Assembly: GCA_023231475.1 (NCBI GenBank)
Contig: JALJEE010000715.1
Location: forward strand, 62,001 to 126,000
Direction: 5' to 3'
From: Seison nebaliae
Taxonomy: Eukaryota
Length of the DNA stretch: 64,000 nucleotides
How positions within the stretch are numbered: the first letter of the stretch is position 1; every line of letters starts with the position of its first letter. A model generated the notes under the pieces. That model was given only the letters and a program-made list of their open reading frames with translations, had not been told where the DNA came from and made no database searches. This document shows positions 14,878 through 26,128 of the stretch, one piece after another. Both the position numbers and the translations under genes were made by a program.

Positions 14878-17800
14878 TTATAAATTGTTATCTGAATTTA
14901 AATATGTTTGTGAAGGTGGAACGAGTTGTGCTCGATCGAATAATTCGGAGAAGATCGACAACTCTTTCAATCTCTCATAAATCACATCGAAACGACATTG
15001 GAGTAAATAAGTTGCTGTTATTTCAACAATATTCTCCGTTTCTTCCCAATCTGAAAATTAGTTTAAAAATTTAAATAATAAAATTAAAGAAAAATGAGAA
15101 ACTTGTATCGTTGTTGATGAAAGAATAATTGCTGTTAGTAATTGAATAATTTGAGAATTTGGATGATAAAACATCAGATGAGAGTTTAGTACAAAAATCT
15201 TCATATTTTTTTGATTGTTCATCAAATTCCAATTCTTCTTCAATCTAGAAAATATTTGTAAATTTTTAATAAATTTTAAAAATAATAAACTCTCATCAGA
15301 AACGGTTCGCGTTGCGATTCGATTAATCGACCAATAAAATTGAAGAATGTGATGAAATTAATTTGATTTTTTGAAATCGACACATATTCCAATGATAACA
15401 AATCGATATCATCATTCTATAAAATTAGTAGGAATACTTTTGAAAAATTTTTAGAGAAATGAAAGAAACTGAAAGGAAAGGAAAAAATATTTGAAGAATC
15501 TCTAAAATTTTCTCGTTATCTACTTCACTCCAGTTGATGTGATGGAGACATTCACTGACACAGACGATATATTTGAATCGATTATATGATGTTTCGTTAT
15601 GAATTAGTGAGAGAATCAAATGGAAATAATAGAAATTACATTCTTCCAATGAAGTCGATTGTAATAGATGAAGAATCGATCGTTCTAATATGCTATAACC
15701 ATATTTCTTTTCACAATAATCGATGAAATGGTTCTAGAAATAACGTTGATTAATTTCACAAAATTATTCAATTTTTTAACCAGAATTTTTTTTGAAAATA
15801 ATTTATCTAAATCTTTCACTTCTAATCGATAAAGATAAGATGAGAATTCATGCCAATACAACACCAATTCCATCTGATGGGGAATTTGGAAATATTAAAT
15901 GTCATTCAACAAAATGAACTTTATCAATCGGTCTCGGAAGAAACGGAATATTATCTTCGATATCGAACCGTTTTTTCAGATCGTCAGTCAATCGATCGAT
16001 ATCGATATTATTCCATAGTTGGAGTGATGGTGTGTCGAAGTTGAAGGAAGAAGGATAATTTATTTGCATTTTCACATTTCTCATTTCGTTGACATGGAAA
16101 TTACCGTTGTTGACATTCGCGTCATATAAATCGAAAGTACCAAAATTCATATGATCATTATAATACGACGATAAATTTCGATTTGTACAATTTCTATTCA
16201 AAAGATTATTCGAAGAATTTTCAACAGAATTTCAAACGTTAAAGTATCATAATCGATATTGATTTGTGGTCGGAGAAATTTCAATTGATAAATCGGTTTG
16301 TCGAATTTGAGAATAAATTCTTTCTCTAACAATTTATGTGGACAAAGAAATGTCTATGTAGAATAAGAAAAAAAGAGATTAATTCCAAAATATTTTTCAA
16401 CTAACATCAACATAACAAGTTTTACAGAAATTATTAAATTTCGAATGTTTCCAGAAGGTTTTAGGAGACGCATCTTTCTCCTCTTCTAAACTTTCCGATA
16501 CGAATAATGTGAAAGAATAATGATTCAACGACTCCTCATTTATTTCACTTTCATCTATCACATCCGATTCGAGAGGAAGATAAGCATTCTCCAAACCATC
16601 CATCACATTCCGAACCGGTCGATCCGATGGATGAAAATCGAACTTCCTCGATTTCTTTTCCATTCGACGCCGTCTCATATTTCCTTCTAATATCTGGAAC
16701 TTCTCGATGTTATCTTTCTGAACGATGTGCCTCTCTAAACTCTCGCGACAACTCGCCATATGTTTCAATTCGTATGAGATATATTTAATTTTGTTATCAA
16801 AAATCCTCTTCAATTCCATCAATTTCCCCTTCTTCTTTTCTACCTCGTTCAACGTCTCCTTTACCTTCTCACAATTATCTTCATATTCTTTCAAAATAGA
16901 AATGTTCATTTAATCATATCATAAATCGGAAAAATTTATATGAACCTTTCATTGTCATATTTAATATGACATTTAATTGTTCTTCAATTTTTTTATAAGA
17001 AATTAATTGACTAACACACAAATTCTATATGGATGTATATTTCATTAATTTCTTTAAATTCCTCTAAACTTTCCGATTTGTTACAAATGTGTTCCCTTTC
17101 AATTCGTTCGACATCCGATCAGATAATGACTCATCTAAAATTCTTCCGATCTCTGTTTGAATAATTCAAATTCAAATTCTCAAATTCTATTGGAAAGTTC
17201 AAATATTTAACGATCATCAATATTGTCATATGAAGTTTTGAATTTGGATAATGATGATAATTGTTCCGAATTATGTTTCAATAACTCCTTTATAAAAAAT
17301 TGAGCGAATTATTAAATTTTGTCGATCATTTTTTAACTTTCGAATTTGATAATAATTGTTGTTTCTGAACAAGATCAGAAATGAATGTCTTTTCCTTGTC
17401 AACTATTTGATTTTCTGGAGAAGAATGAATGACATTTATTGAATTCGAATAGAAACCACAATCCGATAATTTAGATTCAAATTGTTTATTGTTAATTTTT
17501 AGACGATTTATGTCGTTGTATAAAGAAGATTTGACTTCATCAACTTTATTCCATTTCTCATCCATTACTTTTAGTTTTACTCGAAGATCTTCAATTCTTT
17601 AAAATGTCCAAATATTTCAAATCAAATCAACTAAACTCTGACTCTTTTACTTTTATGATTTCTTTTAATTCATTTTTCTTCATTTCATTCTCCTCCTTCA
17701 TTTTATCTATCAAAATCACGTACGGTATCTCTTCAGTATACGTAGTTGATATGGTTCTCGTATAATAAGTAAATTCTGGAAATGTTTGATTATGTTAGGA

Positions 17801-18033
17801 AAAGAAATTAACTGGAAATTTCATCTTTCAATTTCTTCATGAGTTGACAATAAGAACCCAATTTTTGAATACATTCCTCCCAAAACTCACATAGACGCTT
17901 CAACTTCTCTTCTCTCTCATGTTCTTGGGAATTCTCTAACAGAATCAAATCTAATTCTCTTGCTGGATGGATGACATTTGGAGAAGACGATGTAAATGAA
18001 CAGAATTTAACCTTTAATTCGAACTTCATTCAT
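14878..18033 (-). CDS. Uncharacterised intron-rich protein (about 15 short introns), coiled-coil N-terminal half, CxxC..CPHK motif, helical C-terminal half
   Basis: Minus-strand ORF fragments 17808-18029, 17326-17565, 16397-16909, 15902-16201, 15685-15873 and 15425-15649 join in frame across roughly 38-60 nt GT-AG introns, from MNEVRIKARELDL.. to ..YLNSDNNL*; no family recognised. Confidence 0.7.
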
Positions 18034-18053
18034 GTTCCTCCTATTTTGTTCTT

Positions 18054-18067
18054 GTTGCTATGGCAAT
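18054..18067. promoter_or_regulatory. X-box-like (RFX) palindrome GTTGCTATGGCAAT
   Basis: 12 of 14 positions match the RFX palindrome GTTGCCATGGCAAC; lies 20 bp upstream of the ATG at 18033 (-). Confidence 0.5.
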
Positions 18068-18451
18068 AGCCCGATAAATAAATTTAAGTCATTCTTATTT
18101 GTTGTGAATTCGATTATTTTACAAGAAAGAAATATTTGAAGGAAATGTCAGAATTGAACTGAAATCATTCTTCGATTAACTTTTTCTTTGTTACATGAAC
18201 ATTTTGTCGGCATAATGTTCTGCTATAACGTGATTTCTTGATTCAATGAGTAAATAATAGAACAATGACACTCTGCCATCGATCTTAATGGACAAATGGG
18301 AGAATTCAAACTAAAAATCGATTATCTTCTGAGGAAATTAGTGAGGGAAGAAAATTGCAGTTTAATTGCGCAAAAACATATTTAAAGATCTGAGAATTTC
18401 TTGGAGAATGTTCACCAGTATTTGTCGCTCCGAAACTATCTTGGTGATATA

Positions 18452-18984
18452 ATGAAGTTTTATCTGACTACATTTATCCTCTTCTACCTGACATGCAGTT
18501 AGTGACAGTTATTTCCATTTGTTCCATTTAATCTTCTCCAGCTTCATACCATCTTCTCCATGCATATTCCATGGATGCATTCGAATTTATGGGTGATGAC
18601 ATCTCTGGTAATGTGATTACTTGTGACAATGTCAATTGTCCTGATAAACATGTATGTGACATTATGAATCTCGATGGTATGCCGAATTGTTATCCGAAAT
18701 ACGAAAATTTCGATGCTTGTCGAGTTTCTTTCAAATTTATCCTTAATTTATCCTTTATTATTTATTTCTAATTTATCCGAATTTAGAGTGCTTGCCAAAT
18801 GAAATGCAAAGTTGCTATGGAAAACTGTGAAGCAGATTGTAAAGATGTCTACTATTGTGTCGATAAGGAGAAAGAGACAGATGCAAAAATTAAAACGGTA
18901 GAAGTGATGGCAAAAGAAGCGGAGAAAATTGATGATGAATACGATGACGAAGATGAAGATGGAGATGTTAAAGGATTCTTCTAA
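18452..18984 (+). CDS. Small secreted cysteine-rich protein with follistatin-N (FOLN)-like module and acidic tail; introns 18498-18541, 18724-18786
   Basis: Signal peptide MKFYLTTFILFYLTCTSYHLLHA; TCDNVNCPDKHVCDIMNLDGMPNC has FOLN-like Cys spacing; second Cys cluster; tail DDEYDDEDED. Confidence 0.72.
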
Positions 18985-19666
18985 GGATTATGTGGGATTA
19001 TTCTAATTAAAATTATTAATTTATTAACTCAACAAAAACATTTCATGTTCAACCCGTTTATTGTAGTTATTTAATTGAAGAACGTTTCCCTAATCTTTTT
19101 TTTTTCAACGAATAAAGTACCTTAAATTTATTATAAATTCTTATTTTACTTGTTCCTTCTTTTATTAATTTATTCAATTTACGCCTTCAAGAAATGTTTG
19201 AAGGAAAATTAATGACTCATTCATTCTCATCCAAACAGAAAGGCAAACAATTCATCCTATAATTTTCGGTGCATAATTTACTGACAAGAAATTATTGTGC
19301 AAAGCCTCTCCACCATTTCGTTAGTAGTGACAGAATTTATTATTCGACAATTAAATTCCATCGTTTATTCTATTGGAAAGTTATTCGTAATGATCTTTGT
19401 TGATTGATGAATTTGAAGTGAAGTGAAGTGAAATTGTACCTACTTACAAGTTGTTAGTTTGAGGAGACAGATTGATGATAATGAAAATGATTGAGAATAA
19501 AATCGTAGAAATATTAATAGAACTTTGAGCTTATTCCACTAGAGGAAAATCATTAGAGTTTCTTGAAAATAAATATCGGATATCACAATAATAATTGGGA
19601 AATGTTTCGAATAGTCTGAAGTACTTTCGTCTGTATCTATTGAATAGATGAGATTATTTCACAAAC

Positions 19667-21266
19667 ATGGAAACATCTCATTATTATAAACGATTTCCTA
19701 ACGAGTTAGTCACGTCCATTATTTTATTTAAATTCATTAAAATTTTAGATCGATTTTGAAGAGAATCAAAGAATATAATGAACATATCAATCATTCGATT
19801 TCTGATGATAATAATGAATGTTTGTCTGATTATCAAAATTTCGAAATAAAAGTAGACGATGTGGAGAAATGTGAATTTTCGGGAAGTATCCGAATATTTT
19901 GGGGATTGAAGAAACCGGTTCTTTTACGACCATTCGAATTACCATCCGAAGAGGAGAAGAAGAAGGCAAAAGATGATTCCATTAATAATTGTGCATATGA
20001 TATCGTCTCCATTCTAGACAGTACGTTGGAGGAGAGTTTAGACGTTGAGAAATATTCGGCAAAAACCATCCATTCTCAAAGGAAACGGAGAAGGAAGACG
20101 TTAGTGTATTGTCTCCCGAAATTGAACGAAGAGACTTATAATAATAATGACGGAACATATCGGAAGAGTAGTCGATTATTCAAACCAGGAATTGGAACAA
20201 TCACCACCATTCACATTAATCAATCGACAACAGTACGAGAAGCTGTTCAATTATTATTCGAAAAATATCGTTTATTAAATTTGAGTAATGATTATGTGTT
20301 GTGCAAAGTGGATAATACGAACAATCTATTCCTCTCAAATGAGGCCATCAAATCTAATTCGTATAAGAAATTGAATGACGATGATAAATTATTATATGTT
20401 CGTTTGGCGTTAGGTCCGAATGAAAATATTTCGAAAATTTATCTGATGGAAAAGAGAACGGAAGATAATGTCAAATGTTCTAAATTTGAATCGAATGAAC
20501 CGAAATTGAGAGAATGGACGAAAGAGAATGAAAAGATAGAAATCAATTTCAATAAAAATATAAACAGTCAAATATCTCAATATCTATCAATTCCCATCGA
20601 CGTCCTTCAGAATTATTTGCAGAAATTACAAACTGAAAACGAGATGATGAACGTTCAAACTGAAGCATGGTTTCCTCTTTCTTTCTCTTTCCAAAACTCT
20701 CTAATTTCTCTTCTTTTTATGATAGTTATGATAATTATAAGAAATATTTATTATGTGAATTGGAGAGAAGAAAGAATGTTCATACTATCTCTCTCAATTT
20801 ACCAATCACATCTGATGGAATTGGGTCAGATATAACTAAAAAAATTTCACCATCAAATAAATCAGAAAATGAAAATATTTTAATTCCAAAAAATAATTTA
20901 ATTGAAGAAAATAATTTAAATAAAGAAAATGAGAATATTCAAAGTATTAACGATATCGATATCGAACTAACAACAACAACAACAACAGTAAATAAAGAAG
21001 AAGAATCGACGATAGAGAAAGAGAATGAAATTTTTGTTGAAAGAAAAGAAGCTCTAAATATCGATCGTCCTTATTCAATTAATATCTTGTCGAATAACAT
21101 GAATAAAAATCAAGAGATTGAAAGTGAAACATTAAAACAAAATAATTCTTTAGGGAACAAATTGAAGAAACGTCAATCGAATGAACCATCAAATTCGATT
21201 GTAAATCAAATGAATAATTTGGTGAATGGCCATCGAAAATCTCAAGATAAATGTGTAATCGTTTAA
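19667..21266 (+). CDS. Ras-association domain family protein (RASSF2/4/6-like, RA + SARAH); introns 19705-19748, 20670-20725
   Basis: GSIRIFWGLKKPVLL, LFKPGIGTITTIHINQSTTVREAVQLLFEKY, RLALGPNENISKIYLMEK and SARAH-like QYLSIPIDVLQNYLQKLQTE parallel RASSF2/4 motifs. Confidence 0.85.
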
Positions 21267-21440
21267 CATTTCTAATTCGTTCTAATCCTTCCTCCTATTT
21301 CATCTATTCCCAATTTCCCAACTATTTTTCCTTCTAAATTTCTTTTCTCAAATTATTAAAATGTTTAAAATTTTTTAAAATTTTATTTCGTATAAAAAGA
21401 ATGGAATGGAATGTTCAATGAAAATATTTACAAGAACAAA

Positions 21441-23582
21441 TTAATAATATTGAACAGATTGATCGAATGACTGGCGACATGTGTGCCAACACATGCCAAT
21501 CAATGCGACGAAGAGAATGCAGGAAATGGTAGAGATGATGTATAAAACGATTGTTGTATTTCTATGATCCATAATGGCGTCTTTATATCTAGGAGTGGGT
21601 GTGGGTTTCAATAATTTTCTCCACATCTTTGGCCAATAATCGATCCAGAAACCTGATTGATCGATACGCCAATTAACTTTTTGTTGTGGTGTTGAATTGA
21701 GTGCGAGATATGATAAATTAAACGGTAATAATTTCGGCCAAGTAATATTGAGATTTCTAGTGAATTTTGCGTCAGATTTATATTGAGCTGTCCACGATTG
21801 GAGAACGGCAGGATTATCATTGAAGAAACCGTTGGGAGTTGGATTTCCTATTCGAATGAAATTGGCGAATAAATGCATCGTATAATTCGCCATATCTTTA
21901 TCTAACGATGAGTATTGTTGTGTTAATAGATAACCATATAATGGTGGTGTATTTGAATTATTAAATAATGGTCGTCCGAAAATATAATCGAGATCAGCCG
22001 CATAACCGACACGTTTCCAAAATGCTTCTTGTGATAATGTCGATCGATATTGGAAGATGTACATAAATGAATTATTTTGTAATGATTGATAACGAGCAAC
22101 TTCCGCCAGACATGACGAATGATAATAATCCGTATATAAATTGATGAGTTGTTGACGAATTTCTGTCTGATTTTCTGGTTGTGGCCAATAAGTGTAACGA
22201 TATTGAAGTGCTTGTTCGATTCCTTCTTCATCGATCAATTCGTATGATTGAGTGACATCGTATGAAGTTCCTTCATACATTCGACGATATTTTATTGTTC
22301 TCCATTTATAATAATCATTCAAATGTCTCATAAAGAATTTTTGTAAATAATCATTGAATGTTTTTTTTTGAATTCCTTTTTCGATTCTTTCCACATTCTC
22401 TCCTGCTACATGTTCCACTCCCTCATTCAATGACATTCCCATCAAAATCGGCAATTTCTTATAATATCCATTATTTCTCAACGTTCGCGGATCGTTTTGT
22501 AGAAAGACATTCCGTTGTTCTGGTAACCAATTATCGATGACGGGACGCCAAGGATGACCACCAAATGTTAATGGTGCCCAAATGGAAATAGTTGCTAATT
22601 CTCGTCCACTTCTTTCTCTCAAACAATCAATCATTCGATAAGTATCGAAATGATAACATCCTAATTCTTTCGATAAATTTCTCGCAAATTCTAACGGATA
22701 ATAATCTTTTGGTATCACAGCCCAATTACACAAATCACTCCCGCCCAACATAATTCCTTTATCGAACAATTGAAACGATTCCGTCGACAACGTATGTAAA
22801 CCGACACTAACTGCACCAGCATCATGTCCCATCAATGTCACTCGACTACTATCTCCATTGAATCGATCAATATTATCTCGAACAAATTCCAAAACCATTC
22901 GCTGATCCCATAAACCATAATTTCCAGGACCTGATATACTTTCGGTGGAGAGGAATCCCAACGGTCCCAATCGATAATTAAATGTCACCACCACAATATC
23001 ACGTTGAGCTAAATTGAATCCGTTATATAATCGAGCTGATCCCGAATCGAATTTCCCCCCATGAATAAAAACGACAACGGGATATTTTTTTATTTCAGCT
23101 CGATCTGTTCGATTTGGTGCAAAAATGTTGAGATAGAGACAATCTTCGGAAAAATCATTTCCATTCAAATGTGGAATACGTTCACGTAAATAATTTTCAC
23201 CTTCTCTCGTTTGGATACATGAGGGACGATAAAATGTGGCATTATAAATCGATCGTCGTTTATGTGGTTTGTGCGGATGTTTAAATCTCAATTCATTAAT
23301 AGGTGGGAGAGCATAAGGAATTCCGAGAAAAACGGAAATGTATTTCGGATACCAATGTGCTACTCGATATGATGTACCGCGAACATATCCATATTCCGTA
23401 TACGCTTCAACATGACATACTGTCTTCCCACGACATGGAATATTTCCACTAGAGATTCCATAATTCTCTAAATATTCATTCTCGTCGAAAACGTTCGGTC
23501 CATTTTTATATTCGGAACGACCTCGACTCTTCCTCACGCAGAAGAAGATGATTGTTGACAGAATTATTTGAAATATCACCAT
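21441..23582 (-). CDS. Carboxylesterase/cholinesterase-fold type I membrane protein, non-catalytic (neuroligin/gliotactin-like); coding region intronless
   Basis: FLGIPYALPP, SEDCLYLNIFAP, PVVVFIHGG, NYRLGPLGFL, GNYGLWDQ; GHDAG in place of GxSxG; signal peptide and C-terminal TM. Confidence 0.9.
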   Translation of the reverse strand: MVIFQIILSTIIFFCVRKSRGRSEYKNGPNVFDENEYLENYGISSGNIPCRGKTVCHVEAYTEYGYVRGTSYRVAHWYPKYISVFLGIPYALPPINELRFKHPHKPHKRRSIYNATFYRPSCIQTREGENYLRERIPHLNGNDFSEDCLYLNIFAPNRTDRAEIKKYPVVVFIHGGKFDSGSARLYNGFNLAQRDIVVVTFNYRLGPLGFLSTESISGPGNYGLWDQRMVLEFVRDNIDRFNGDSSRVTLMGHDAGAVSVGLHTLSTESFQLFDKGIMLGGSDLCNWAVIPKDYYPLEFARNLSKELGCYHFDTYRMIDCLRERSGRELATISIWAPLTFGGHPWRPVIDNWLPEQRNVFLQNDPRTLRNNGYYKKLPILMGMSLNEGVEHVAGENVERIEKGIQKKTFNDYLQKFFMRHLNDYYKWRTIKYRRMYEGTSYDVTQSYELIDEEGIEQALQYRYTYWPQPENQTEIRQQLINLYTDYYHSSCLAEVARYQSLQNNSFMYIFQYRSTLSQEAFWKRVGYAADLDYIFGRPLFNNSNTPPLYGYLLTQQYSSLDKDMANYTMHLFANFIRIGNPTPNGFFNDNPAVLQSWTAQYKSDAKFTRNLNITWPKLLPFNLSYLALNSTPQQKVNWRIDQSGFWIDYWPKMWRKLLKPTPTPRYKDAIMDHRNTTIVLYIISTISCILFVALIGMCWHTCRQSFDQSVQYY

Positions 23583-26128
23583 CTTTTATTTACTTTTACT
23601 TATTCAACTTCATTTTTTGAGATGTACCTAAAATTTAAATTATTACACAAATATAAGCCAAATTTTTGAATAATGATAATTTGAGGAAATTATTGAAAAT
23701 TCAATTTTTTCTCCAATCTTCTCACAAACCACTTAACTAATCCATTAATGAAGTTAATTATAGAAAAGAATTGAGAATGGACATTCTTATTCGTTTCTTT
23801 TCATCTTCACCATTATTTACCGTGTATTTTCTAACGATAATTTTATAAATAAACAACCTCATCATCAAACGGATAATGATGGTGGTCTACGTGTGTTTAT
23901 CAACAATCGAATTCTAATCATTCGGGAAATTTTGTTAGATGTTTGGGAGTCGAGTTTCATGTTAAGCTAAAGAATGTTAAAGGAGAAGAATAAAGTTCTT
24001 TGGAAGAAGTTTCTCGATATATTGTTAATTCGCCATATACTAATGAGTTATTGATAGGACAATCCCATTGTCTTCTCATTAATAAAATATTAGAATTAAT
24101 GTATTCCTCTCTATTGGAGTGTGGGATTGTTGATTTGTAGTTAAATTCTTTGACTAATAAATGTTGACGGGCCACAGACAATGGGAACGACCAATAATGG
24201 AGTCCATTCATTTCATTCGAGATATAGGTCACTTCTATGTTCAGTCAAATGACAATTTAATCAATTTTTATGTGCAATTACTTATTCGCGGTTTCCTACC
24301 GACTCTCAATCGAAATAACAATGTGCTTCCATGCGTATGTGTGATTGTCTATTAATAATTCTCTCATCTTCTCATAAAATTAATGTTGTCAAACTGGTTC
24401 GATCGATTATCATTATTATTTCCCATTTTGACACATTTATTGTAGGAATGAGATAACTAATTAGCAAATAGTCATTTCCGTCTTTCCATGTCTCGTCTAG
24501 TAAGTGAAGTAATTGAAGACGATATAAAACTATAAAATGGCAGGAAATCAAATCTATATCATAGTAGACAATTTCTACTACTTCATTAGTTAATCGACTT
24601 TTGAAGAAAATGTTTCGGAGGTTTCTGATACCAAAAAGAAAAGTGGTTCGTTTGTTTTTCCTTTTGAACTTTCCATCAAACATCACCAAATGGTAGTTAA
24701 GGAATGTAAGGGATGAAGAAGGAGACAGAGAATGCGTGAGTAATTCGTAATTATTTATCAGATTCTAATTATTTAGCGATGAATAAATTGGAGGAATAAT
24801 ATGAAATTGAATAAATTTGAATATAAATAGAGAATGTTTACTAGAATACACTTCTCGTTCATATACGACAACATCTTCTTTCGATGGAGAAGAAATCATC
24901 ATTAAATTTCAAGAGAACAAAGAGATGGATGGTTGAAAATCATCTCGACGGAAGTACAGAGAGAGCATTTGGTGGGAGAGGGAGAGAATGTGGTTGGAGT
25001 GAATCGACTGAAGAATTCGAAGAGAAATTAGTGATTTGGTTTGTTTCGGATGACATGGGAGAAGTTCATTCATTTGTCATCACTTTTATAGTGTTAGCAT
25101 TATCGCCACCATTAGCCAGCAGTAGGAGGAACGATTATGGTTATCATGTTGAGATGTGAAGAATCATGACATTATCATCGTTTCCATTCATTTCCCATCA
25201 ACCTTTAAACTAAATTTTTGGCATTTTATTTCTTCGTTCAAAAATAGTTCATTCATTTCCTTTACATTAACTCTCATTAGATGAAATGAAGCATATGAAT
25301 CAATCTTCATTCGGTTGAGACGCAACTCGTACACGTAGTGGAACTCGACTGCTACGTACATCAGTTCAACTCGATTGAAACTACTCGGCATTCGAACCTG
25401 AGAACATAACGAATAGGTACGTGTGTCGAATAATAACTGCACATTCCCCCATCGATATCTGATAAATTGAATCAGAGAATTTATAAAGGAAATGGTGAAG
25501 GTTCGTTCTCTTGTAAACGATCTCCCAATAATGAATTAGTCATTCGACAACTTTTGGAGGCGTTTATTGCCATTTATTATATTACTTCGACTTCTTCTTC
25601 TTCTTCTTCCGGTTCAAGGTGATTCATACAAATATAAAAATTAGTTAAGCAATTCTCTTCTCTTCATCGACGTACTTAAATTTGGGGAATGATGAAAATT
25701 GAGATCTATCAACGAACAACTGATTTGATTTGGAAAAACGAAGAAAAAAAATTACCCCTAGAAAATTGAATAATATCGTTAATGAATGAATGAATGAAAC
25801 TCTAGTTGAGTTATAAGACTTTCCACAATTCCTCCTTACTTACCATCTTATCTACAAATATTTTTATTAACAATTAACTCACTCAGATGTTCGAACAGTC
25901 CAAACACTTTTCATCGAATTAACGTCGTGTTATGAATATATGAACATTCTATCATTTCTATCAACAACAACAATAACAGTAACAAATAAATATTATATCA
26001 AAAGAATCCTTTGCCACTTCACTCACACAGTGTAACAAACTCATTTTTTCTCCTTTTATTTACACAACAAACTAATTCTTTTCTTCATGTAATTCGTGTT
26101 TCTGATAATCATCACAAATTATAATTGA

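Noticed and set aside
18811..18825. X-box-like GTTGCTATGGAAAAC
   Set aside because: Lies inside a coding exon (VAMEN), so probably coincidental; it also shows such motifs can arise by chance
25385..25402. T-loop-like GGTTCGAAT on the minus strand as a tRNA
   Set aside because: No acceptor stem, D arm or anticodon arm can be built
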